DNA of 64,000 bases from the NCBI RefSeq assembly GCF_963506605.1, contig NC_083279.1, forward strand, positions 34,348,001 to 34,412,000, given 5' to 3'. Origin of the DNA: Zootoca vivipara. Lineage: Eukaryota. Numbering within the stretch: the stretch's first letter is position 1; the number at the start of each line of letters is the position of its first letter. Shown piece after piece: positions 12,714 to 24,181 of this stretch. The position numbers and the translations under genes are program-made. Under the pieces are notes generated by a model. It was not told the DNA's origin. It did no database searches and saw only the letters and a program-made list of their open reading frames with translations.

Positions 12714-13199
12714 CTCTAGACTACATCATATATATAAGTGCAAGTGACACCATTTCTAATTTTATGAGGCTGCCACCCTTATGTGAATGAGCATGCTGAA
12801 GTCATCAAGTGGAGGTCTAGAGGTCAGAGTTGTATAATTTTAATGAAAATTTTCCTGGAGGAAAGATTAGGCGGGGGGGGGGGGGAATTTGATAAGAGAA
12901 AATAGAGGTATGAGGTTTGGAAAATAGGTTAGATTAGCTATTAGAAAATTGTTTATTTAGATAGATAGTTGGGTAGCTTGCTGTCTCTAGCTCTCCTTTT
13001 GTTCCGGGGCCTCTTGGTGGCAGGGAGAGGTTCTGGGGGAGGGAGGGGGAGACGGTGAAAAACCAAACTATAAAATGGACCATTTTTTGACTGCCCGTCA
13101 CCCATGGGACCTACTCGTGGCAGGAGGGGTCCTGTGGAGGAGGAGGGTAGAAGAAGATGGATTTTATGTTAATTAGAATAAGAGGTAAAGTTTAAGGAT

Positions 13200-13472
13200 A
13201 GTGATTAGCTGCATGAATATATGTTTAAAGAGTATGGGTTGAAATTGGTAGAATGAAACTGCAATGAATAAATATGAGAAGAGATGAAAATCAGGAGGGA
13301 GGGATACGAGGAAGTCACCAAAACAAAGTTAAGTAAATGAGGGGTTGAGAATATATATACTGTATGTTTTTTTTTCTGTTGTGTATGTGTGTGTGTGTTC
13401 ATGTTTTGTAATGTTGGCATTTGGTTGTGTTTATTTTAAAATTAATAAAAATTATTTAAAAATAAAATAAAA
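13200..13472 (+). mobile_element. L1 3' UTR remnant
   Basis: gggaggga..ggaagtc motif (similar to the 3' UTR of the L1 at ~53150), GT-rich tract, AATAAA and A-rich tail. 5' boundary uncertain. Confidence 0.55.
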
Positions 13473-13759
13473 TGAAAGGACCCTCCTTAGTAGAAAAATG
13501 TATGGATACACACATTGCAAATAATTCCATTACCAGACTTGGAGGAATTAAGATGCAGAAGGCTGTGTAAAGCTATTTGAGCTATATAGCTAGCTACATA
13601 AAGGTGTGATATAAATAGCTCCATTAAAGCCAAATTATCCTAGGTAATGCATGGTTAATGGGCCCAAAAGAAAATTTGAATTCAAGAATTTCTGAAAAAC
13701 TGAGGGACTGATGTCCATTAAGCATCAAGCAGTACAAAACATTCCAACATGAAGATACC

Positions 13760-13897
13760 CAGGGCTTTTTTCCACAGATGGAACTCACAAGAACTCAGTT
13801 CTAGCATCTCTCAGATGGGTGCCATTGCTATTATAAGAGAACAAGGGAGGTGTTCATGGTGAGTTCTGGCACCTCTTTTTCTATAAAAACAGCACTG
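13760..13897. mobile_element. hAT-type MITE
   Basis: cagggctttttt ... aaaaacagcactg termini; 8-bp TSD AAGATA(C/T)C. Confidence 0.75.
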
Positions 13898-14124
13898 AAG
13901 ATATCTTCTCCTGAACTATAGCTATGAAGAGCCTAATGCAGGAGCTTCATTCAAGTGGTCCATAGCTTGGGTGTTAAAAATAGTGTTAAATCATACAGCA
14001 TCTAGCAGACGGACAGAAAAACTAGTAAGACCACTTAAAAGGTTTGGCAACCACTGGTGTAATGGATAACACCTGAGTTATACACTGTGGACTCACAGTG
14101 GCATTGGGTGCACCATTCCAAATC

Positions 14125-14355
14125 CAGTGGTACATCAGGTTAAGAACTTAATTCATTCCGGAGGTCTGTTCTTAACCTGAAACTGTTCTTAACCTGAGGT
14201 ACCACTTTAGCTAATGGGGCCTTCCGCTGCCGCCGTGCAATTTCTGTTCTCATCCTGAGGTAAAGTTCTTAACCCAAGGTACTATTTCTGGGTTAGTGGA
14301 GTCTGTAACTTGAAGCGTCTGTAATCTGAAGCGTCTGTAACCCGAGGTACCACTG
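14125..14355. mobile_element. Tc1/mariner-type MITE
   Basis: cagtggtacatcaggtta ... taacccgaggtaccactg-TA; same family as 10896 and 56030 copies. Confidence 0.85.
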
Positions 14356-14358
14356 TAG

Positions 14359-14703
14359 TCTTCTTCTTTGGCAATCACTTGTAGCCGAGTAAGATTGCCT
14401 TCCATGAACATGGTTTTGACAGTCCATAGGAGACTGTGGAGGCCAATTCTGGATCCACACGCCCTTCCACAGTGGGGACATAGGTTTCCAGGTGGGAGTT
14501 GATCACAGTGATGGTTTGCCAAGCGTGCCTTCCTCTTAGGATGTTTCTCCCTTTCATCCTGAGTTTGTGCTTCTTCAAAGCCCACGGCACCTTTGGTAAA
14601 GGCTGTTCTCCAATTGGAGCGCCCGCAGGCCAGTGTTTCCCAGTTGTCGGTGTTTAAACTACTTTTTTAAAAAGTTTTGCCTTGAGGGAGTCTTTAAAGA
14701 CTC
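14359..14703 (-). mobile_element. RTE-clade LINE 3' end (non-BovB, C-terminal zinc finger)
   Basis: FKDSLK..NWETLACGRSNWRTAFTKG..CPHCGRACGSRIGLHS; (GAA)n tail; second short tail copy at 61441-61502. Confidence 0.82.
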
Positions 14704-14804
14704 TCTCCAAATAGTACTGGCCAAGTAGCCTATAATCATGTAGGTGGGAAAACAAACGTATAGCAGAAATGGAATTACAGTGAAGAAGAAGAAATGCAAA
14801 CATT

Positions 14805-14823
14805 TTTATTAGCAGAATTTATT
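14805..14823 (-). terminator. Candidate PUDP polyadenylation signals (two AATAAA)
   Basis: First canonical minus-strand AATAAA hexamers I found downstream of the stop (14805-14810, 14818-14823), followed by a U-rich tract; implies ~1.5 kb 3'UTR. Not confirmed. Confidence 0.4.
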
Positions 14824-15547
14824 TAAACCCAATAATTTACTTTTTCCTGATAAAGAATTTGAATATGGGTCAGTGCTAGGTACATACAATTCTGTTTCCC
14901 ATGGACAACATTGCAGATGCCATCTCAAGACATGCGAGGATGGTGCTGTTCCGATCAAAGCATCAGAAAAGGCAACAATGAAAACATTACCCAGAAAACT
15001 AAATCTGAACAAATGATGCAATCAAGAAGTCACCAGACAAGGTTAACTCAATCAAGATAAACAGGGAGGAGGAGAGGTAGAACTGTTTTGGCACTTAGCA
15101 GAGGGATCCTGAAGCTAGCAAGAGATGTTTTCTCTACCATTGGGAAAGGAAAAAGCACAATGAAAATAAAAACAGAACAGCAAAGGAACATGACCAGTCT
15201 GTGCAAGCAAAGACAGCGACAAGAGAAATATTCTGTTGGGCTGGTAGCAACTGTATAAAGGAATTATAATCACACAACTAAAACAATTACTTGGAAAGAA
15301 ACGTTCAAATTAGCAGAGTCCTGCCTGCAGTCTTACAACCTGTTTGTCTGGCTTTGATCCAGGCAAGTAAGAATTTTGCAACAGATTTTGTATCATGGGC
15401 TTATAGTACATGATATAGTACAAGATGAAGCCAGAACATTATAGAAATGCGGAATTTCAAGCAAGGCAGAAAAAAAAAGACATAATTCAAGACCCATTTA
15501 GACACACTAAAGGAAACTGCATATACTGTTTTTCCTTATACTGCTTT

Positions 15548-15907
15548 TAGGGATGAGGGAGTAATTGATTTGGTTTCTTGTTTTGTTTTTTTGGAATGGT
15601 CCAACCCAACCTGAAACACCTGAACTTGCGGGTGGATTGGAACGCCCGGTCAGATTATGCACTTCTCCAGATTTTGCAATGCATTTTATGTGCACAAAAG
15701 TACATAATTTATGTAAAAGATGTGTACCAACTGCATATTTTACACATGAAGAGCACTGAAAAATGTGCACTTAATGTAAAAAGGGCAGGCAAAATGTGTA
15801 CAATGGGACAGAATGAGTCTGAACAGATGGGCTAGACCAATGATTGAGTGCCAATGAGACCTAAACAGAATGGAAATAGTTACAGGTAGTTGCTCAGCCA
15901 ATCCCTA
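15548..15907. mobile_element. Old non-autonomous DNA transposon
   Basis: tagggat ... atcccta termini; internal AT-rich tgcat/tgtac repeats resembling a related remnant at ~830-1080. Confidence 0.5.
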
Positions 15908-16292
15908 ACTCTATGATATGAGGATTTTCAACCCTTTCCTCTGCAGCCATGATCCCAATGACTGGCACCAATGAGAGCTTTGTGCCTAAGTCTAATTGCT
16001 GTCTGGGTGGGATACATTTCTTTGCGATCACAGCTGATATGCTGCAATCCCTATGAAAATCTACCTCCTGTGTTTAGTACTGGATGGGCCTTTTGAGTTC
16101 CCATCTAAGTGGCTATAAGTTTCAAGGGCAAGGTGTCTGGTGTACAATCTTTCCATTTGTGCTATTTAAATGAATGAGATTTTCAGCAAAGTCTAATAAT
16201 AAAAGTGGGACATATGATTACAATAGTCTAAAAAGCCTCCCCCCCTGAAATCAATATAGCTAAATTAAAATGTTTTAAAAATTAAACTATTT

Positions 16293-16469
16293 TCAATCAA
16301 ATGGTGGTAAACCAAACAATTCTGGTTTGAAATCAGCCATTGACTTGAGTACTAGAGTTGCTTCCTTCGTAAGATCTTTGTTCAGGTTTTCATCTGGAAT
16401 CATTACCACTTGCATTCCCGCTGCCAGTGATGCCTTGACTCCATTGGGGGCATCTTCAAATACAAGACA
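16293..16469 (-). CDS. PUDP: PUDP/HDHD1 last coding exon (177 bp incl. TGA)
   Basis: Acceptor tttgttttctttctacttctcAG; [58 protein letters not shown] with HAD motif IV (FEDAPNG); phase 0, in frame with exon 3. Confidence 0.97.
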   Translation of the reverse strand, partial: CLVFEDAPNGVKASLAAGMQVVMIPDENLNKDLTKEATLVLKSMADFKPELFGLPPFD

Positions 16470-17087
16470 CTGAGAAGTAGAAAGAAAACAAAGTACCATA
16501 ATCAGAAAATTGATTCTGTGCATATCCAGCAAATGAAAATTATTTGGCTTTAATTCCTAGGTCATATACACATTTTTTACAATCTTTGGGGAATACTTAG
16601 AAAATAGTTTAAGAATGTAATTTTTAAACATATGCATATACGCCAAAAGAGACTTCTTCACACAAGTGCATAGTTAACCTATGGGATTACCTGTTGAATT
16701 GTGGAACTGTGGCTTTTTTAAAAAAAATAAATCAACATACCGCAATGTTACACTTAATTTTATTAACGTTAGTGGCCGTAGTGTGACACAAAAGCAGACA
16801 ACATTCAAAAAGTTACCACTTCCTTTTCTGTGCATGTGTGCTTCTGTTTCCCCATGGTTCACCCTTGAAAATGACAGGAAAGAACTATAGGCCAGGATAC
16901 TGCCCCCAATGTCATCCTGCAATTTTCCTTCTTAAACGGGTTTCAAACAGATTCCTTTGGGAAGCAATTAACATGGAAATGAGCACAGAAGTGGCTTTCA
17001 CGTCATGTGAAAGATCACCTAAAACGTAGGAAATATCCGCTAAGGAAACATTGGCGAAATGAAATAAAGTGGTGTCTGAATGCAGTC

Positions 17088-17372
17088 GTAATGATGGCCA
17101 CCAACTTGGATGGCTTTAAAAGAGGATTAGACATAATCACGGAGCATAAAGCTATGATTGGCTACTAGCCATGATGTCCATGCTCTGCCTTCATGGTCAG
17201 AGGCAGCATGTTTCTGAATACCAGTGGCTGAAAAGTGTTGGAGGTGATAGTAATGTTGTGCTCAAGTCCTGCTTATAGATTTCTCAAAGGCAGGTGGCTG
17301 GTCATCGTTAGAACAGGATGCAGGAATAGATGAGCCATCGGCCCAATCCAAAAGGCTCTCCTTCTGTTCTTA
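17088..17372 (+). mobile_element. CR1 3' end fragment
   Basis: atggccaccaacttggatggctttaaaagaggattagaca ... aacaggatg..ctagatg..ttctgttctta; related copies at ~21360-21580 (+) and ~34195-34345 (-). Confidence 0.75.
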
Positions 17373-17491
17373 GCTTCAGGCAATGATCCAGCCGGAGCAG
17401 GGAAAGGCAGCGAGTAAAGTCCTTCAGGCTCATTTGGGTAAACAGCTTCCTTCAAAGCTCATTAATGTACCAGGTCCTTTATGCCAGTTCC

Positions 17492-17641
17492 TCATAGAAT
17501 CGTAGAGATGGAAGGACCTTAATGGTCATCTAGCCCAAAAGGCAGCAATATAGGAATCCTGCCCACATCTATCCCTGGGTGGGCTCAAACCACCAACCTT
17601 CTGGTTAACAGCCAGAAACACTGACCCATTTCTCTACAGGC
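17492..17641 (-). mobile_element. Short SINE: tRNA-Asn(GTT)-derived head + CR1-type tail
   Basis: Minus strand ctggctGTTaaccagaaggttggtggtttgagcccacccaggga matches the vertebrate tRNA-Asn 3' half; tail attcctatattgc..ggctagatgacc..ccttccatctctacgattctatga. Confidence 0.8.
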
Positions 17642-20131
17642 TCTTGTGCCCATTACATTGCTGACTCTGACTGCAGCCTTCACACTCAATGGTGTTCATG
17701 GACAATTATGACAGATTTCACTATAAAAACATTTGATCTAGTAAGACAAGCAGCTTTTACACATAACATTATTGCAGTGCTGTGGCTAGAACTGTGGATT
17801 ATTGTTGTCATTAAAAAACAAGAACATTATAGCCGAAATATTTCTTATTCTTTTACTTATGTATTCCTCAGTTCTCGACCAGATACAAATCTTAAGCAGG
17901 GGGGGGGGCAACTACGACATTTTATTTCAGTCATTCTTATTCTTTAATAGGGAACCAATTCTTTATTAAGCAATAAATACACACCAGACCTGTATTGTGA
18001 AAATTAAATGAGCTCATTTTGTTACTAAAATATCAATGTTCTGTATCCTCCCCCTTTAGTTAAGCTGTAAATATTAGAGATTTATGTCACTGTAAGAGAA
18101 CAGAAAATCTTGGTCTACAGTTTGTCTCAAATGATGTGTTAGGACAGTAGAAAGAAAAGGTCAGAATAAAACAATTTAAGTGCTAACTCTGAATTTATAA
18201 ATTGAAAAATGCAAGGCTAGTATTTCAGTAAAACATACTACACACTTATGGTTTTTTTAATACGGCAGTTTAGCTACCATTGCATACTACAATCTGAAGC
18301 AAAACATTCCATATTAATAGACGACGTTTCATTTGAATGCGACAACATTTCAGTGCCCTTTTTTCCTTCTGATTTTCCTGAAAAAAATAATAGAAACCAA
18401 CAAAGGCATTGGTCAACAATATTGTGGAAGATTTGCATAAGATGTAGAAGTCCTTCAGAAGCTATTTCTTCATGTGTTGAAATGAATTTTTGCGAGGGGG
18501 GGAGCTATGTGTGCTGGCCCCATTCCCACTGTTCCTGCCAGCTCCATCCCCAACTTTTGTGTGTTGACTGAAAAGTCTGAAAGGCAAAGCTATGAATGCA
18601 TGTAGACTTCCACACAATCTGAAATTTTGCAAGGGCTTTTAGGAAGAGAATGATCTCTGAACTTCTTGCTCCCCCCCCCAACATTTTGGGAATACTTGTA
18701 AAGACTCAAGGGTTTGACTCAAAGGTGGGGAGCCTCTGGCATGTGGATGAAATTAGACCAACCAGATTAGACAATTTGGCTGTGCAGCCGCTTTTGGTGT
18801 TGCCCACCTGCCACTCACCTGTGCAGGACAGGTAAAACAGCAGCTGCCAAGAGACCATCAACATCACACCTGTGCACTCCCAATGATTCCTTGGCAGCAG
18901 GGATTACATTTTGTACTCCTTAAACCTTGAGTACAAGACCTGCTGGGATTGGTTTCACTTCCCCAATTCTGGTTTAAGTGCTTGCAAGAAAAGAGCACAA
19001 AAAGATAAAGCAAACTGGGGGGTGGGGCATGCACAAGTGCTTTGAACATCTATAGTCAACATCCCTCAGCCTTACCTATTGTGTAGGGCTGCTGAGAAAA
19101 GATGGGCTAGCTCCAAGTACACTGCTCTGAGCTCCTAGTTGGAAGGCAAGTAATGGATGAGATGATAGATAAATTGATAATCTTGTTCAGAAGGCATCTA
19201 AGGAACTCTGGTGGTTCACCTCACATTGATTTTATAGAACAAATTAATTATGTCAGGTGTTAAATATGTCAGTATAGGAAGGTGCAATATACAGTATTAA
19301 GCAGTAATTAATTTCACTTAAATGTGGAAGCTTCTAAAAGCTTTATAATATTCCCTGAAATACTGGTGTTCCTTAATAAATTAGTAATCAAACCAACATC
19401 TAGTATTCAAGCTTGGCCATTCAGTGCTTTGGTAAGACGTTTGCCTGTATCTGTGCATTGCTAAAAGGGTGTTCTGTTCTCGTTGATAACTGTATTTGCC
19501 TTTTCCTTTCCACAGCCTAATGTGGCACAGTCAACAGTACCCTTAAGGATGCAAAATACTGATACATGAAAGTATTTTAGTCCTGGATCAAAATTAAAAA
19601 ACACGGCATTTCCCTCACAGACTTTAAATTGACTCCTTTGTGAATAAATGTAAGAAGTGTTTTCCTTGCAGACTGTAAATTGTCCCCATTGTGACTAATT
19701 ATTCATATAAAAAATTCTTGGAGAAAAGGAAGAGGACATCTGGGACACTGATTAGAATCCATATGTATTCGGGGCAAGCATTCTCCCCAACAGGGAAGCC
19801 ATACTTCTCAACAGCATTGATAAGAGGGTAATAGGATGTCTGTAAAGGAGCAATCATGCCCCCTGCCACTGAAAGATTGCTCATGCTTCTACAAAGCCAC
19901 GGCACAATGAATCTTCTGTTTTCATGAATGCTGCATCACAGGTGAACCTGCAACAACCTAGCTCCAGTGATTGTGCAGCCTGCTGTAGGGATGCAGCAAT
20001 CTGTTCATTTGCTGATTATAATAAGGCAGGGCCAGCACTCGACAAAATTCAATTCCTCTGAGTTGGATGCATATCAGAGTCTATCCAGCTAAAATCTGGC
20101 CCGTAAGCTTATGCTCATGTAAACATGTTTT

Positions 20132-20198
20132 AAGGAAGGAAGGAAGGAAGGAAGGAAGGAAGGAAGGAAGGAAGGAAGGAAGGAAGGAAGGAAGGAAG
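20132..20198. repeat. (AAGG)n microsatellite
   Basis: About 16 perfect AAGG units. Confidence 0.98.
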
Positions 20199-20648
20199 CT
20201 TTGCTTCTACCACCCAGGTCTGAAATTTCCAGAGGTTCAAACTAGGAGTAGAATATGCTCAGTAACTGGGAACAGCAGCATAGAGTTAAACAAAACACAC
20301 CTATAAATCTATTTGATTTTAAAGTGGAAAGGTGATTCCTGGCAGCAACACTGGAGAAAACAGAATTTTGCAAATGGAAACTGATGAATTTCCATGCAAA
20401 CTTTGAGGATGACTCAATACTGACTTGTCTCTGAGTTGGGCTGGCGATACAGATCTGAACACATGTCTGAAATACAAGGACATGGCTTTAAGTGATGAAA
20501 CATCCCAAGGAGATGGCTAATCAGAGAAGCACAAAAGAATTTAGAAGCATGCACTCCAAACATGTTCACTCCAAATAGAGAATAAACAGGATTTTAGTTC
20601 ACCATCTTTGGAAATAATACTTTATCATCCAGTTGGTGAGGTTACCAT

Positions 20649-20926
20649 CAGTGGCAAAGCTGCCTGGTCCGGCACTGGGGGGTGGATAGCAGGCGGGGGC
20701 ATGGCTGATGCCCCCCATAGGGCGTGGGGCACGCCCATGGGCATGGCGCGTGTCCTGTGGGCGTGACACGCTGCCCTGCAGGGTGTGACGCTTGTCCCGT
20801 GGGCGTGGCACGTTGCCCGCGGGGCGGGGTGCCCGGCATGGTGGGGGTGCACGGGCATGTCCAGGGGCGGCTGTGATGGTACCCCCCCTTGATGGTGTAG
20901 GGGGCGATGTGCTCCCCCCGCCAGTG
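20649..20926. mobile_element. GC-rich hAT-type MITE with internal ~20-bp tandem repeats
   Basis: cagtggc ... gccagtg termini; 8-bp TSD GTTA(C/T)CAT (20641-20648 / 20927-20934). Confidence 0.8.
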
Positions 20927-21359
20927 GTTATCATATGGTGGCTATGTCTACTTAAGCCATAGTATGGCAGAGTTTCACTTAAAAGGTGCATGAACTCCTG
21001 ACCCAGTCATGAGCATAAAATATATATCTCCCATATTGTTCAAACATGGTTTTAGCCCAACATCTAGAAAACCTGTGGAAACTGCAACTGGAGCTACTGA
21101 GGGAGAGGGAGAGAGGCATAAAGAAAGTGAAGCTTGAAGGATATGGATATGAAGTGGTTCATGCTATTTGAACCACTTCATTTAATGCCCAATCCTTTTA
21201 CATGAACTTATCAAGGTTCAGTCTTGCTAAGGTGTTCCCCAGAAACTCTCAAGTATTTAAACCAGTCTTCCCCAGCCTGGTACCTTTGAGATTTGAATTT
21301 CAGCTCCCTTCAACCACCGGCCAATGTGTCCAATAGTCAGGGATGGTGGATCCCCTTCC

Positions 21360-21580
21360 CACAGGAGGCAATGATGGCCACCAACTTGGATGTCTTTGAA
21401 AGATTACTAGGATACTAGTGGTGAGGACTATGTTCTGCCTCTGTGATTTGAATACCAGTTGTCGAAAATGCTCTTGTACTTTCATGTTTCCTACAGGTAT
21501 CTGGTTGGTCACTGTGAAACAGGATGTTTTTGGACTAGATGGGCCACTGGCCTGATCCAGCAGGCTCTTCTTATGCTCTT
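21360..21580 (+). mobile_element. CR1 3' end fragment
   Basis: gatggccaccaacttggatg ... ggactagatgggccactggcctgatccagcaggctcttcttatg. Confidence 0.72.
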
Positions 21581-21899
21581 TTGATGGAAGGAAGACACCA
21601 TGTTGCAGAAGGGTGCTCTAGGTGCTCTTGCAATTAGTCTCAGTTGACAAAACTCTCAGGAAGTTATTTAATGTCACCTTTTTCTAAGCGGAAACCAGGA
21701 CCATCACATCTCTTCTCCAGGCATTTCCTGTTCCCTGCCATAACTTGGCACTCTCGGACAAGTGCTTCTTTTGCTCATGCTCAGATTACAATATGAGAAA
21801 CACAAGAAGAAGGCCAGACCCATACCAGCACATTTCTTAATCATCAAGTTTCAAAAGTATGCATCTAAATGGATATAAATTTCTTAAGAGTCGTGGAGT

Positions 21900-22054
21900 T
21901 ATATAATTGTAGGGTTGGAACGAACTATAAGGGTCAACTAGTCCAACACTCTGCAATTCAATAATCTTTTGTCCAACATGGGGCTGGAACCCAAACGCAG
22001 AGATTAAGAGTCATCAGAGATTAAGACTCATCCTCTACTGACTGAGCTATCCCA
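21900..22054 (-). mobile_element. Short SINE: tRNA-Lys(CTT)-derived head + CR1-type tail
   Basis: Minus strand ggatagctcagtcagtagag..gactCTTaatctc..gggttccagccccatgttgga matches tRNA-Lys; tail attgcagagtgttggactagttgaccc..ttccaaccctacaatta. Confidence 0.8.
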
Positions 22055-23564
22055 ACAGCGGTTATCAGCCCAGAAACTGCACAAAGCACATTTATTTGTG
22101 CCTTATCCATCTAGGGACAGGCCTCTTGTGTCCATCAATATATCGGCGAACAACAACGAAATGAAATTGATTTCTAAAGACGTCTTCTCAAAAAATACAA
22201 CAAACAGAGACACAATACCTTACAATATGCTAATATGAATTCTTTTCAACTTTTTAACTTCCTTCACAAAGCAGCTTTTCATTTTCACTAAATTCTCTTA
22301 CTTAGTTTTCATTTCAAGTTGAAGATTAAAGACATTTTCACCAGAGATACCAGGAATGCTTTTAAAATATCTCAAATTAGCCACTGGCAAATATTAATTT
22401 TAAAATATTAACATACATTCTGGGTAAAGTAGGGTTTTAATTTGGATTACAAATGCCAACCCCCCCTACCAAGCCCGCTGGAAATAACTGAAGAATTCCT
22501 TGTGATAATGCCTTAATATTCTTTCAGTCAGAGACTACTGACTGTTGGTATTGCTAGTAATAAGGACCCAACAACACTGCTAGGCTTTGAACAGCTGCTG
22601 TAAAATTCTGGAAGAGCTCTCCTGTCTGTGGGCTTTGTGAACAATCTAGCTAGTCTGAAACATAAATCCACACTCTTCAATTTCTCACTGCATTCAGAAA
22701 GCAGAAAAGGGAACAACTCTGACATACTTGGCCTTTAGATCCTTCTGCGTTGCACAAAACACCATTATCAAGGCTGTTCAGAAACTTTTTCTTTAATCCA
22801 CACTGTATAAATAAATATACTTCAGTACGTTCCCTTGAAAGATCTAATTGACTTCCATGATGTCATTAAGCTTATTGTATGAAAAATGACAATGGCTGTG
22901 GAATGCAATATGCATAATGGAAAAGCTTAACTAATTCTTTGGAACCGGAGGCAATTAAAACACTTAATTACCAATAAGCTGGGAAAATGACCCATAATTA
23001 CGGTGGTTTTAATGCTGCAACAAATAAATGCACCTAATCTTCCTCCAGTTTTTATTGGTGCTGACACCCATTGTCAACATCCCAGCAGTATTTTGAATCA
23101 AATGATGGGAGTCTTGCAAAGGTCACTAAAAAAAATGGACTCACAGTGATAACCAACTGCCCTTTCCCCCTCCCTATTAATATACTAAATCCAAGGATAT
23201 GAGAATACTCCAGCAGTTATTAAGAGTGCAAGCTGGAATGCCACTTTGTCTCTCAAAAAGACTGATATATTTTGTTTGTTGTTGTTTTCTTTCTCTGTAC
23301 CTGAATCCAGCGTGACTCTTTTGTCTATTGTAAGAATAACAGTTGGGTCTAATAACATTTTTTCTTATAACAACAAAGCACAGAGCCAAGACAATTAAGC
23401 ATAATTCTTCTTCTTCTACCCCACACCAGTTTTTAAAACATGGAATCTGTTTTTGAAATAGAAGTAAAATAATGACAACAAAAATAAAAGAAGAAAAATA
23501 AGTGGCAGTACAACAGGACCACTGATTAAGCAAGAATGTAAACCCACTGATTACAGATCTTAGT

Positions 23565-23772
23565 ATAACATTACTTCTGGATACGAACTTAATTTGTTCC
23601 GGGGGTCCTTACCTACCCTGAAACGTCTGCAACACGTATGCATGAGCGGTGAGAGAGGGCACTTCTGCGCATGTGCACGCGGCAAAACCCGGAAGTATAC
23701 ACTTCCAGGTTTGCCGCGTTCATAACCCGAAAGTTACATTACCTGAAGGTAATGTAACCCAAGAGTCCACTG
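23565..23772. mobile_element. Decayed Tc1/mariner-type MITE
   Basis: Right end ccactg-TA, internal cataacccgaa/taacccaa repeats; left TIR eroded. Confidence 0.6.
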
Positions 23773-23903
23773 TAATAAAGTTGTGGGACAATTAGAGTAA
23801 AATCCTAAAGAGAATCACTGACCATTGACAGAGTTTGAATGTATATATCACGCAGCTAAAGCATACTCAGAAATAGGTATTTAATTTAGTAGCTATGTAC
23901 GTA

Positions 23904-24181
23904 CAGTGGTACCTCGGTTTATGAACACAATTGGTTCCAGAAGTCTGTTCATAAACCGAAGCGTTCATAAACTGAAGCGAACTGTCCCATTGAAAGTAAT
24001 GGAAAGTGGATTAATCTGTTCCAAACAGTCCGCGGAGTACTTAAACTGAAGCGTTCATAAACTGAAGCGAACTTTCCCATTGAAAGTAATGGAAAGTGGA
24101 TTAATCCATTCCAGACGAGTCCGCAGCGTTCGTAAACTGAAAATTCGTAAACCGAGGTGTTCATAAACCGAGGTTCCACTG
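23904..24181. mobile_element. Tc1/mariner-type MITE (2 core units)
   Basis: Same TIRs as 3384-3800; TA TSD. Confidence 0.9.
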
